Origin: Eledone cirrhosa
Taxonomy: Eukaryota
Assembly (NCBI GenBank): GCA_964016885.1
Contig: OZ024742.1
Coordinates: forward strand, 235,972,001-236,036,000
DNA: 64,000 nt
Direction of reading: 5' to 3'
Below the pieces are notes generated by a model. The model was not told the origin of the DNA. It saw nothing but the letters and a program-made list of their open reading frames with translations, and ran no database searches. This document shows, in pieces, positions 1-12,000 of this stretch (the first letter of the stretch is position 1; each line of letters opens with the position of its first letter). The position numbers and the translations under genes are program-made.

Positions 1-637
1 ACCCGGTCCACCCTTTAATCTATAGTCCGCTTCTCAATCATATCAAAATACCAATAAATCAATAACATCTACTCTATAATCAAAATTGGCTCTACAACAT
101 CACACTTTTATAGAACATATGACGAATAGGCTACGTTGCCGGTCACGGCAAAATAGATAAACATGCTTTATAAGCATAATACACATGTAAACCCTTATTT
201 TGCCACTAAATAATAAATAGTGTTTTAGAACCCAGGTATTGACTAATATCTTTAACCCAGGAGATGACTTTCTGCTAAAATTTTTAATTTCGCAAATATT
301 TGACTTACTGCTAACATTCGTAATTTCGAAAATATTCCACTCTGCTAAAATTCTAAAATCATAGAAAAGGGTACCACCACTCTATCTTTTTTTTTTCACA
401 TTTGGTAACACTCTGTGATGGAAAAAGAAGCCCAATTAAAAAAATAAATGCAAGCACTATATCATTTCTAAGTAACAAAAACTATTTACATCTTTTTACG
501 TTTTCAAGGCCTGATTTATATGGAAAATAATAATAATAAAACACTATAGACGTCGATCAGCATTGGTCACTCTGCTTTACTTGTAGTATTTTACATACTG
601 GGTTTTAAAAGAAACCATAGGGGTTGTGGGAAACGTC

Positions 638-709
638 GAGATCAAATGGAAAGTGAACTCGGGAACTCCGACATTCGAAGATAGAAATGTAATCCCAAGA
701 CTAATAATC
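638..709 (-). pseudogene. Highly decayed tRNA-Pro relic, CGG-like (also 5668-5739, 10702-10773)
   Basis: gtgaactcgggaactccgacattcgaag aligns to reverse-complement Pro ttgaacccgggacctctcgcacccgaag. Confidence 0.55.
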
Positions 710-964
710 CCTCACTTCTTCGTCTATATAAACTATTGTATTTAAGTTAAAACCACAACCTTAGACTAGCCGGATCATTTGTAGACGGTTGCTTTTTATA
801 ACACCTTTTGGAAAGCGTGTCTGAGGGCACGGTCTCCACGACCCTCTCAAGAATTGTTAACGTTTATCACTGAAAAGGTTGCAGCTTAAAATCCTTCAAA
901 CAGAAGTAGAAGAAAAATAAATATTTGTGTACTGAACAAGAACTCAAAAAATAAAAGAGAGGTT

Positions 965-1030
965 GGGCTCGTCCGGGATTTGAACCCGGGACCTCTCGCA
1001 CCCAAAGCGAGAATCATAGACCAACGAGCC
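965..1030 (-). pseudogene. tRNA-Pro-TGG: tRNA-Pro(TGG) pseudogene with a 6-bp D-loop deletion
   Basis: Canonical sequence except gaatcata[ccccta]gacc is deleted; 66 nt; A box disrupted. Confidence 0.9.
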
Positions 1031-1115
1031 ACGCACAGCAGTGGTCACTCAGATTTACATGTAGTATTTTACATATTGGCTTTAAAAGGAAACAATAGGG
1101 GGTGTGAGAAAAGGT

Positions 1116-1187
1116 GAGATCAATCGGAAATTGAACTCGGGAACTCCGACACTCGTAGCTAGAAATATACCCCTAGAAAAATAAATC
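1116..1187 (-). pseudogene. Highly decayed tRNA-Pro relic, CGG-like (also 6146-6217, 11180-11251)
   Basis: Gap-free alignment to reverse-complement Pro; retains ttgaactcggg and atacccctaga. Confidence 0.65.
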
Positions 1188-1277
1188 TACTTCGTCTATG
1201 TAAACTATTGTAGTTGTCTCTAGGCGATAAAAATTCACTTCTCATACATAATTATTACTACTTTCTAAAGTCGTATA

Positions 1278-1935
1278 AACATGTAAATGGAGTTCCACTG
1301 AAGCAGGTGGGGAAATTCAATTATTTCGGGGTCGTGTTCACGTGTGATGGAAGCCAGGAGGCTGACTTAAGTGCAAGAATTACAGGAGGTTGTGCAGTAA
1401 TACGCCAGATTTAGCATATAGCAATGAGAAGAAGGGGAGTAGGCGTAAAACCAAACTTGTTATCTTCAATTCTGTATTCGTGCCAAGCCAAACCTATGGT
1501 CAATAATCTTGAATAATGAACTAAAGAATACGATCACGAATACTAGCAGGCGAAATGGGGTTCCACCGAAGGGTCTTTGGACAAACGTTAATCGATAAAG
1601 TGCGTAACTCGGAGACCAGAGAGTCACTAAAATAGAGCCGCTACTTCTCCGAATTGAGAGATTACAACTCCGATACTACGGGCATGTAGTTAGATTGGCT
1701 CAGTAAAGAATCGCTGGACAGATTTTACGGGCAAAACCAAGCTGCGGGAGACCCAGTGGTACACTACGATCAAGGTGGTTGGATAACATCCATGAGCTTG
1801 GCTAGTCTTGCTTGGTGTTACAGCAGGGTCTATTGGAGACGGTAGCTTCTGACAAGGACCCGCTGGTAGGTGCGTTTAAGGACTCTATCCCCACGACCCT
1901 TTCAGTAATAAGTAGGGGAAGGAGTATATTAATGT
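1278..1935 (+). mobile_element. Decayed 5'-truncated RTE-clade (Rex3/Expander-like) LINE, C-terminal part of the RT ORF
   Basis: Translates with stops and frameshifts to LKQVGKFNYFGVVFTCDG..., RIRSRILAGEMGFHRRVFG..., EPLLLRIERLQLRYYGHV..., RSRWLDNI; these match RTE C-terminal motifs (FKYLG, AEM.F.RR, RW.GH, RW.D). Boundaries approximate. Confidence 0.85.
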
Positions 1936-2308
1936 TCAGCAGCTGGGTCGTTAGTTATGGATCTGATCTACTTTGCTTGCGGGGAGTGAGTGGGTCCCAG
2001 TTCCAAATCTCGAATAAGTTCTTTCTTGTTTCTCGATTTAATAAACTATTTTAAAATAAATGCCGCGTTATGTTTAATTCTAGTAAATACATTGTAGTAA
2101 TACAATGATTCTCGATTTCGATTATATCGACTCAATGTTCAAAGTACAAATTATCCAGAGTGGATTTTCTTTTCATTTTAATGTATTTTGTTTGGTTCAA
2201 GTAATTAATATCTTCATACTAATATCTTTCCATGAAGGAATAATGAAATGAAAGAGCCGAACATCTCTTTTAAAATATCGATAAAGAATATATTTGTTGA
2301 AAATGTGA

Positions 2309-2380
2309 AAATCCTTTGACTCGAGGTACGATTCTCGCTTTGAGAACAAGATGCTACGAGTTCAAATCCTAGATGAGTCC
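2309..2380 (+). pseudogene. Decayed tRNA-Pro(TGG)-derived relic in inverted orientation (also 7339-7410, 12374-12445)
   Basis: gattctcgctttgag...gagttcaaatcctagatgagtcc followed by ttttt. Confidence 0.7.
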
Positions 2381-2473
2381 TTTTTAATTTAAAACGAGTA
2401 CTTTTAAATTTACTTTTCATATAATTTCTTACAGCCCAGCAGAAAATAGCGTTAGAATCATAAAATTTAATTA

Positions 2474-2546
2474 GGGCTCATCCGGGATATGAAAGCCTTT
2501 CCCCTCGACGCCTAAGCGAAAATCATTCACCAAAACCAAGGAGACC
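2474..2546 (-). pseudogene. Decayed tRNA-Pro(AGG) relic in inverted orientation (also 7504-7576, ~12538-12609)
   Basis: gggctcatccgggat...cctaagcgaaaatcat is the reverse complement of the local AGG gene core. Confidence 0.75.
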
Positions 2547-2945
2547 ACTGATTAAAAACTTCCAATTATATTATAAATAGTAAACGTGTTATATCAAATT
2601 TAAAATACCTAACATATCTTATATTGTCTGTGAGAAACAACAAAGAAAACTGTCTACTTTGCTGATTATTCTATCATAAGCATATTCTTTAACAAATAAG
2701 GCAACGTTACAACTTTATAATTTCGTGTTATTCATTTATCATTATTGAAAAGATAAAAACATAAACTTTGACCAGCCGGTCCATTTGTAGATGGTTGTTT
2801 CATATACAACCTTCTTGAAAGTGTGTTTGAGAGCAGTCACCACGGCTGCCCTGTCAAGAATTGTTAATATTCAAAAGCAAGAAGAAGAAAAAGCTTTCGA
2901 ATATTGAAGAAAACCCCTTTTGAAAGCAAAAAAAAATTGAAGGAT

Positions 2946-3017
2946 GGGCTCGCCCGGGATTTGAACCCGGGACCTCTCGCACCCAAAGCGAGAATCATAC
3001 CCCTAGACCAACGAGCC
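2946..3017 (-). tRNA. tRNA-Pro-TGG: tRNA-Pro(TGG)
   Basis: 72-nt canonical gene, A66G (U7:G66 wobble), long T-run downstream. Confidence 0.92.
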
Positions 3018-3397
3018 AATCATTATTATCTGCTTAAATATATCCTAGTAATTATAGTTTGAATGTTACATGTAAAAGAGACTCTGACTGACTGTTATGT
3101 TGGGAACATTTTTTGTTTGTTTGCTTTTTAATTTTAATTTATTTTATTATGTTTCTACATGTCTAGGATTTTGAGGACACCCGGTCTATTCTTCAAACTT
3201 AATTCCACTTCTCAATCATGTCCAAATATCAATAAATCAATAACATCAACCCAATAATCACAATTGACGACATAACATTATTATTACACTTTTTTTATAA
3301 AGCATATGACGTGGCCAATTGCAGAAAGTGTCATATATTTGCAAAGTAATATAAACTTACTGCTTTTAGTATATTAATTTGAACGTATTTACCAGTT

Positions 3398-3469
3398 GGT
3401 TCGTTGGTCTAGGGGTATGATTTTCGCTTAGGGTGCGAGAGGTCCCGGGTTCAAATCCCGGACGAGCCC
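3398..3469 (+). tRNA. tRNA-Pro-AGG: tRNA-Pro(AGG)
   Basis: 72 nt, intact A/B boxes, U3:G70 and U27:G43 wobbles, T5 terminator. Confidence 0.92.
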
Positions 3470-3915
3470 AAGCTTTTTGGAATTTTTTTTAACATAAGGC
3501 TATTTTCTGTCACACTGTGTTGACTTGGATGTAATGTATATGTTTTTCAGGTATCATCTAATCTTTTTTTTACTTTTTAGAACTATTAGTATAACAGTCT
3601 GTGATGAAAAAAAAAGCTCAATTTAAAACAACTAAATGCAAGCTCTATATAATTTCTGAGTAACAGAGAGTATTTACATCTGTTTACGTTTCCGTGGTCT
3701 GGTTTATATGCAGAAAAATAGTAAAACTCTACAGACGTCGATCAGTATTGGTCACTCAGATTTACTTGTAGTATTTAACATATTGGATTTAAAAGAAAAC
3801 AATAGGGGTTGTGGCAAACGTCGAGATCATCCGGAAAGAAGAACAAGAAAAGGAACTTTTGTGTACTGAACAAAAACTGTTTTGTTTTTTTTGAAAAAAA
3901 ATAAGAGGTTATAAT

Positions 3916-3987
3916 GAGCTGGTCAAGGATTTGAAGCCGTGATCTCTCGCACCCAAAGCGAGAATCATACCCCTAGACCAAAGAGCC
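3916..3987 (-). pseudogene. tRNA-Pro-TGG: tRNA-Pro(TGG) pseudogene
   Basis: Many acceptor-stem and T-arm substitutions (gagctggtcaaggatttgaagccgtgat). Confidence 0.85.
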
Positions 3988-4321
3988 AGCCACGTTCTAA
4001 ATAAATACGTACTAGTAATTATAGCGTTAATACTAGTTGTAACTGAGACTCTGACTGACTGTTAATTTGGAGAGGCATTTTTTGTTACTTTTATAACTTT
4101 CATTTATTTTATCATGTTTTGAGTTGTCGAGGTTTTTTAGGTCTTTTGGTCACTTCTTAAATCAATAGTCCACTTCTCAATCATATCAAAATATCAATAA
4201 ATCAATAACATAGCCTCATCCAGTATATGAAGTGGCCAATTGTTGAAAGTGTAATGGTAGCTGTGCGAATTAACATAATATGGTTGCGATTTGTAATATA
4301 ATGTGTATTTATTTACCAGTT

Positions 4322-4394
4322 GGCTCGTTGGTCTAGGGGTATGACTTTTAGCTCAGGCTGCAAGAGGTCCCGGATTCATATTCTGGACGAGCCC
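4322..4394 (+). pseudogene. tRNA-Pro-AGG: tRNA-Pro(AGG) pseudogene
   Basis: 73 nt; anticodon stem and B box mutated (gattcatattctgg). Confidence 0.85.
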
Positions 4395-4798
4395 AATCGT
4401 TTAGAAACATTTTTTTTTTAATTATAAACCTATTTTCTGTCGCACTTTGTATACTTAGATGGAATGTATATTTAAATGTATATGCGCAAAACAATAAAGA
4501 AAACTGTCTAATTAGTTGATTATTCTATCATAACCATATTTTTTAACAAACAAGGAAAAGTTACAACTTTATAATTTCATGTTATACATTTATTATTATT
4601 GAAAAGTTAAAACCATAAACTTAGACCAGCCGGTTCATTTGTAGAAGGTTGCTTTAGATAAAACCTTCTAAAGCGTGTTTGAAGGCACAGTCCCCACGGT
4701 TCTCTCAAGAATTGTAAACATTTATCATTGATAATCTTGCAGCTTAAGATGCTTCAAGAAGAAGAAAAAGAAAAAAAAAACTTTTAAAATGATAAGTT

Positions 4799-4870
4799 GG
4801 GCTCGTCCGGGATTTGAACTCGGGACCTCTCGCACCCAAAGCGAGAATCATACCCCTAGACCAACGAGCC
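4799..4870 (-). tRNA. tRNA-Pro-TGG: tRNA-Pro(TGG), one T-stem mismatch
   Basis: Canonical except G52A. Confidence 0.8.
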
Positions 4871-5994
4871 ACGTGCAACGCCCTGATTTAATATATACTA
4901 ATAATTATACTTTTAATGTTAGTTGTACCTGATTCTCTGACTAACTGTTATGTTGGAAAGACAATTTTTTGTTTCTTTTTTAACCTTAATTTATTGTATT
5001 ATGTTGCCTGATGTCGAGATTTTCTACGTCACCCGGTCCACCCTTTAATCTATAGTCCGCTTCTCAATCATATCAAAATACCAATAAATCAATAACATCT
5101 ACTCTATAATCAAAATTGGCTCTACAACATCACACTTTTATAGAACATATGACGAATAGGCTACGTTGCCGGTCACGGCAAAATAGATAAACATGCTTTA
5201 TAAGCATAATACACATGTAAACCCTTATTTTGCCACTAAATAATAAATAGTGTTTTAGAACCCAGGTATTGACTAATATCTTTAACCCAGGAGATGACTT
5301 TCTGCTAAAATTTTTAATTTCGCAAATATTTGACTTACTGCTAACATTCTTAATTTCGAAAATATTCCACTCTGCTAAAATTCTAAAATCATAGAAAAGG
5401 GTACCACCACTCTATCTTTTTTTTTTCACATTTGGTAACACTCTGTGATGGAAAAAGAAGCCCAATTAAAAAAATAAATGCAAGCACTATATCATTTCTA
5501 AGTAACAAAAACTATTTACATCTTTTTACGTTTTCAAGGCCTGATTTATATGGAAAATAATAATAATAAAACACTATAGACGTCGATCAGCATTGGTCAC
5601 TCTGCTTTACTTGTAGTATTTTACATACTGGGTTTTAAAAGAAACCATAGGGGTTGTGGGAAACGTCGAGATCAAATGGAAAGTGAACTCGGGAACTCCG
5701 ACATTCGAAGATAGAAATGTAATCCCAAGACTAATAATCCCTCACTTCTTCGTCTATATAAACTATTGTATTTAAGTTAAAACCACAACCTTAGACTAGC
5801 CGGATCATTTGTAGACGGTTGCTTTTTATAACACCTTTTGGAAAGCGTGTCTGAGGGCACGGTCTCCACGACCCTCTCAAGAATTGTTAACGTTTATCAC
5901 TGAAAAGGTTGCAGCTTAAAATCCTTCAAACAGAAGTAGAAGAAAAATAAATATTTGTGTACTGAACAAGAACTCAAAAAATAAAAGAGAGGTT

Positions 5995-6060
5995 GGGCTC
6001 GTCCGGGATTTGAACCCGGGACCTCTCGCACCCAAAGCGAGAATCATAGACCAACGAGCC
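5995..6060 (-). pseudogene. tRNA-Pro-TGG: tRNA-Pro(TGG) pseudogene with a 6-bp D-loop deletion
   Basis: Copy of 965-1030. Confidence 0.9.
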
Positions 6061-6307
6061 ACGCACAGCAGTGGTCACTCAGATTTACATGTAGTATTTT
6101 ACATATTGGCTTTAAAAGGAAACAATAGGGGGTGTGAGAAAAGGTGAGATCAATCGGAAATTGAACTCGGGAACTCCGACACTCGTAGCTAGAAATATAC
6201 CCCTAGAAAAATAAATCTACTTCGTCTATGTAAACTATTGTAGTTGTCTCTAGGCGATAAAAATTCACTTCTCATACATAATTATTACTACTTTCTAAAG
6301 TCGTATA

Positions 6308-6965
6308 AACATGTAAATGGAGTTCCACTGAAGCAGGTGGGGAAATTCAATTATTTCGGGGTCGTGTTCACGTGTGATGGAAGCCAGGAGGCTGACTTAA
6401 GTGCAAGAATTACAGGAGGTTGTGCAGTAATACGCCAGATTTAGCATATAGCAATGAGAAGAAGGGGAGTAGGCGTAAAACCAAACTTGTTATCTTCAAT
6501 TCTGTATTCGTGCCAAGCCAAACCTATGGTCAATAATCTTGAATAATGAACTAAAGAATACGATCACGAATACTAGCAGGCGAAATGGGGTTCCACCGAA
6601 GGGTCTTTGGACAAACGTTAATCGATAAAGTGCGTAACTCGGAGACCAGAGAGTCACTAAAATAGAGCCGCTACTTCTCCGAATTGAGAGATTACAACTC
6701 CGATACTACGGGCATGTAGTTAGATTGGCTCAGTAAAGAATCGCTGGACAGATTTTACGGGCAAAACCAAGCTGCGGGAGACCCAGTGGTACACTACGAT
6801 CAAGGTGGTTGGATAACATCCATGAGCTTGGCTAGTCTTGCTTGGTGTTACAGCAGGGTCTATTGGAGACGGTAGCTTCTGACAAGGACCCGCTGGTAGG
6901 TGCGTTTAAGGACTCTATTCCCACGACCCTTTCAGTAATAAGTAGGGGAAGGAGTATATTAATGT
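6308..6965 (+). mobile_element. Decayed RTE-clade LINE 3' fragment, copy 2
   Basis: Near-identical to 1278-1935. Confidence 0.85.
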
Positions 6966-7975
6966 TCAGCAGCTGGGTCGTTAGTTATGGATCTGATCTA
7001 CTTTGCTTGCGGGGAGTGAGTGGGTCCCAGTTCCAAATCTCGAATAAGTTCTTTCTTGTTTCTCGATTTAATAAACTATTTTAAAATAAATGCCGCGTTA
7101 TGTTTAATTCTAGTAAATACATTGTAGTAATACAATGATTCTCGATTTCGATTATATCGACTCAATGTTCAAAGTACAAATTATCCAGAGTGGATTTTCT
7201 TTTCATTTTAATGTATTTTGTTTGGTTCAAGTAATTAATATCTTCATACTAATATCTTTCCATGAAGGAATAATGAAATGAAAGAGCCGAACATCTCTTT
7301 TAAAATATCGATAAAGAATATATTTGTTGAAAATGTGAAAATCCTTTGACTCGAGGTACGATTCTCGCTTTGAGAACAAGATGCTACGAGTTCAAATCCT
7401 AGATGAGTCCTTTTTAATTTAAAACGAGTACTTTTAAATTTACTTTTCATATAATTTCTTACAGCCCAGCAGAAAATAGCGTTAGAATCATAAAATTTAA
7501 TTAGGGCTCATCCGGGATATGAAAGCCTTTCCCCTCGACGCCTAAGCGAAAATCATTCACCAAAACCAAGGAGACCACTGATTAAAAACTTCCAATTATA
7601 TTATAAATAGTAAACGTGTTATATCAAATTTAAAATACCTAACATATCTTATATTGTCTGTGAGAAACAACAAAGAAAACTGTCTACTTTGCTGATTATT
7701 CTATCATAAGCATATTCTTTAACAAATAAGGCAACGTTACAACTTTATAATTTCGTGTTATTCATTTATCATTATTGAAAAGATAAAAACATAAACTTTG
7801 ACCAGCCGGTCCATTTGTAGATGGTTGTTTCATATACAACCTTCTTGAAAGTGTGTTTGAGAGCAGTCACCACGGCTGCCCTGTCAAGAATTGTTAATAT
7901 TCAAAAGCAAGAAGAAGAAAAAGCTTTCGAATATTGAAGAAAACCCCTTTTGAAAGCAAAAAAAAATTGAAGGAT

Positions 7976-8047
7976 GGGCTCGCCCGGGATTTGAACCCGG
8001 GACCTCTCGCACCCAAAGCGAGAATCATACCCCTAGACCAACGAGCC
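7976..8047 (-). tRNA. tRNA-Pro-TGG: tRNA-Pro(TGG)
   Basis: Copy of 2946-3017. Confidence 0.92.
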
Positions 8048-8427
8048 AATCATTATTATCTGCTTAAATATATCCTAGTAATTATAGTTTGAATGTTACA
8101 TGTAAAAGAGACTCTGACTTACTGTTATGTTGGGAACATTTTTTGTTTGTTTGCTTTTTAATTTTAATTTATTTTATTATGTTTCTACATGTCTAGGATT
8201 TTGAGGACACCCGGTCTATTCTTCAAACTTAATTCCACTTCTCAATCATGTCCAAATATCAATAAATCAATAACATCAACCCAATAATCACAATTGACGA
8301 CATAACATTATTATTACACTTTTTTTATAAAGCATATGACGTGGCCAATTGCAGAAAGTGTCATATATTTGCAAAGTAATATAAACTTACTGCTTTTAGT
8401 ATATTAATTTCAACATATTTACCAGTT

Positions 8428-8499
8428 GGTTCGTTGGTCTAGGGGTATGATTTTCGCTTAGGGTGCGAGAGGTCCCGGGTTCAAATCCCGGACGAGCCC
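8428..8499 (+). tRNA. tRNA-Pro-AGG: tRNA-Pro(AGG)
   Basis: Copy of 3398-3469. Confidence 0.92.
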
Positions 8500-8945
8500 A
8501 AGCTTTTTGGAATTTTTTTTAACATAAGGCTATTTTCTGTCACACTGTGTTGACTTGGATGTAATGTATATGTTTTTCAGGTATCATCTAATCTTTTTTT
8601 TACTTTTTAGAACTATTAGTATAACAGTCTGTGATGAAAAAAAAAGCTCAATTTAAAACAACTAAATGCAAGCTCTATATAATTTCTGAGTAACAGAGAG
8701 TATTTACATCTGTTTACGTTTCCGTGGTCTGGTTTATATGCAGAAAAATAGTAAAACTCTACAGACGTCGATCAGTATTGGTCACTCAGATTTACTTGTA
8801 GTATTTAACATATTGGATTTAAAAGAAAACAATAGGGGTTGTGGCAAACGTCGAGATCATCCGGAAAGAAGAACAAGAAAAGGAACTTTTGTGTACTGAA
8901 CAAAAACTGTTTTATTCTTTTTGAAAAAAAATAAGAGGTTATAAT

Positions 8946-9017
8946 GAGCTGGTCAAGGATTTGAAGCCGTGACCTCTCGCACACAAAGCGAGAATCATAC
9001 CCCTGGACCAAAGAGCC
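8946..9017 (-). pseudogene. tRNA-Pro-derived pseudogene; anticodon mutated to TGT
   Basis: Copy of 3916-3987 with cacacaaag in place of cacccaaag. Confidence 0.85.
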
Positions 9018-9351
9018 AGCCACGTTCTAAATAAATACGTACTAGTAATTATAGCGTTAATACTAGTTGTAACTGAGACTCTGACTGACTGTTAATTTGG
9101 AGAGGCATTTTTTGTTACTTTTATAACTTTCATTTATTTTATCATGTTTTGAGTTGTCGAGGTTTTTTAGGTCTTTTGGTCACTTCTTAAATCAATAGTC
9201 CACTTCTCAATCATATCAAAATATCAATAAATCAATAACATAGCCTCATCCAGTATATGAAGTGGCCAATTGTTGAAAGTGTAATGGTAGCTGTGCGAAT
9301 TAACATAATATGGTTGCGATTTGTAATATAATGTGTATTTATTTACCAGTT

Positions 9352-9424
9352 GGCTCGTTGGTCTAGGGGTATGACTTTTAGCTCAGGCTGCAAGAGGTCC
9401 CGGATTCATATTCTGGACGAGCCC
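9352..9424 (+). pseudogene. tRNA-Pro-AGG: tRNA-Pro(AGG) pseudogene
   Basis: Copy of 4322-4394. Confidence 0.85.
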
Positions 9425-9785
9425 AATCGTTTAGAAACATTTTTTTTTTAATTATAAACCTATTTTCTGTCGCACTTTGTATACTTAGATGGAATGTATA
9501 TTTAAATGTATATGCGCAAAACAATAAAGAAAACTGTCTAATTAGTTGATTATTCTATCATAACCATATTTTTTAACAAACAAGGAAAAGTTACAACTTT
9601 ATAATTTCATGTTATACATTTATTATTATTGAAAAGTTAAAACCATAACCTTAGACCAGCCGGTTCATTTGTAGAAGGTTGCTTTAGATAAAACCTTCTA
9701 AAGCGTGTTTGAAGGCACAGTCCCCACGGTTCTCTCAAGAATTGTAAACATTTATCATTGATAATCTTGCAGCTTAAGATGCTTC

Positions 9786-9830
9786 AAGAAGAAGAAGAAA
9801 AAGAAGAAGGAGAAGAAAAAGAAAAAAAAA
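9786..9830. repeat. Imperfect (GAA)n microsatellite, 20 bp longer than in unit 1
   Basis: aagaagaagaagaaaaagaagaaggagaagaaaaag versus the shorter tract near 4756. Confidence 0.8.
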
Positions 9831-9848
9831 CATTTAAAATGATAAGTT

Positions 9849-9920
9849 GGGATCGTCCGGGATTTGAACCCGGGACCTCTCGCACCCAAAGCGAGAATCA
9901 TACCCCTAGACCAACGAGCC
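9849..9920 (-). tRNA. tRNA-Pro-TGG: tRNA-Pro(TGG), acceptor-stem mismatch
   Basis: Canonical except G70T (C3:U70). Confidence 0.8.
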
Positions 9921-11028
9921 ACGTGCAACAACCTGATTTAATATATACTAATAATTATACCTGAGTCTCTGACTGACTGTTATGTTGGAAAGACAATTTT
10001 TTGTTTCTTTTTTAACCTTAATTTATTGTATTATGTTTCCTGATGTCGAGATTTTCTACGTCACCCGGTCCACCCTTTAATCTATAGTCCGCTTCTCAAT
10101 CATATCAAAATACCAATAAATCAATAACATCTACTCTATAATCAAAATTGGCTCTACAACATCACACTTTTATGGAACATATGACGAATAGGCTACGTTG
10201 CCGGTCACGGCAAAATAGATAAACATGCTTTATAAGCATAATACACATGTAAACCCTTATTTTGCCACTAAATAATAAATAGTGTTTTAGAACCCAGGTA
10301 TTGACTAATATCTTTAACCCAGGAGATGACTTTCTGCTAAAATTTTTAATTTCGCAAATATTTGACTTACTGCTAACATTCGTAATTTCGAAAATATTCC
10401 ACTCTGCTAAAATTCTAAAATCATAGAAAAGGGTACCACCACTCTATCTTTTTTTTTTTTCACATTTGGTAACACTCTGTGATGGAAAAAGAACCCCAAT
10501 TAAAAAAATAAATGCAAGCACTATATAATTTCTGAGTAACAAAAACTATTTACATCTTTTTACGTTTTCAAAGCCTGATTTATATGGAAAATAATAATAA
10601 TAGAACACTATAGACGTCGATCAGCATTGGTCACTCTGCTTTACTTGTAGTATTTTACATACTGGGTTTAAAAAGAAACCATAGGGGTTCTGGGAAACGT
10701 CGAGATCAAATAGAAAGTGAACTCGGGAACTCCGACATTCGAAGATAGAAATATAATCCCAAGACAATCAATCCCTCACTTCTTCGTCTATATAAACTAT
10801 TGTATTTAAGTTAAAACCACAACCTTAGACTAGCCGGATCATTTGTAGACGGTTGCTTTTTATAACACCTTTTGGAAAGCGTGTCTGAGGGCACGGTCTT
10901 CACGACCCTCTCAAGAATTGTTAACGTTTATCACTGAAAAGGTTGCAGCTTAAAATCTTTCAAACAGAAGTAGAAGAAAAATAAATATTTGTGTACTGAA
11001 CAAGAACTCAAAAAATAAAAGAGAGGTT

Positions 11029-11094
11029 GGGCTCGTCCGGGATTTGAACCCGGGACCTCTCGCACCCAAAGCGAGAATCATAGACCAACGAGCC
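11029..11094 (-). pseudogene. tRNA-Pro-TGG: tRNA-Pro(TGG) pseudogene with a 6-bp D-loop deletion
   Basis: Copy of 965-1030. Confidence 0.9.
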
Positions 11095-11341
11095 ACGCAC
11101 AGCAGTGGTCACTCAGATTTACATGTAATATTTTACATATTGGCTTTAAAAGGAAACAATAGGGGGTGTGAGAAAAAGTGAGATCAATCGGAAATTGAAC
11201 TCGGGAACTCCGACACTCGTAGCTAGAAATATACCCCTAGAAAAATAAATCTACTTCGTCTATGTAAACTATTGTAGTTGTCTCTAGGCGATAAAAATTC
11301 ACTTCTCATACATAATTATTACTACTTTCTAAAGTCGTATA

Positions 11342-12000
11342 AACATGTAAATGGAGTTCCACTGAAGCAGGTGGGGAAATTCAATTATTTCGGGGTCGTG
11401 TTCACGTGTGATGGAAGCCAGGAGGCTGACTTAAGTGCAAGAATTACAGGAGGTTGTGCAGTAATACGCCAGATTTAGCATATAGCAATGAGAAGAAGGG
11501 GAGTAGGCGTAAAACCAAACTTGTTATCTTCAATTCTGTATTCGTGCCAAGCCAAACCTATGGTCAATAATCTTGAATAATGAACTAAAGAATACGATCA
11601 CGAATACTAGCAGGCGAAATGGGGTTCCACCGAAGGGTCTTTGGACAAACGTTAATCGATAAAGTGCGTAACTCGGAGACCAGAGAGTCACTCCAAATAG
11701 AGCCGCTACTTCTCCGAATTGAGAGATTACAACTCCGATACTACGGGCATGTAGTTAGATTGGCTCAGTAAAGAATCGCTGGACAGATTTTACGGGCAAA
11801 ACCAAGCTGCGGGAGACCCAGTGGTACACTACTATCAAGGTGGTTGGATAACATCCATGAGCTTGGCTAGTCTTGCTTGGTGTTACAGCAGGGTCTATTG
11901 GAGACGGTAGCTTCTGACAAGGACCCGCTGGTAGGGGCGTTTAAGGATTCTATCCCCACGACCCTTTCGGTAATAAGTAGGGGAAGGAGTATATTAATGT
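11342..12000 (+). mobile_element. Decayed RTE-clade LINE 3' fragment, copy 3
   Basis: As 1278-1935, but lacks one frameshift (reads ESLQIEPLLLRIER in frame). Confidence 0.85.

Noticed and set aside
1812-2054. 80-aa ORF (and the 66-aa ORF at 1214) as genes
   Set aside because: Both are open stretches of the decayed RTE LINE, with TTG starts and flanking stops.
2330-2360. Apparent TGA (Ser) anticodon in the 2309-2380 relic
   Set aside because: The body is Pro-derived with collapsed stems; this is decay, not recoding.
9849-9920. U70 variant as an Ala-mischarged tRNA-Pro
   Set aside because: Position 3 is C, so the pair is a C3:U70 mismatch, not the G3:U70 AlaRS determinant.
9758-9964. Glu/Lys-rich 68-aa ORF
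   Set aside because: It is the translation of a GAA microsatellite plus an antisense tRNA, and is absent from unit 1.
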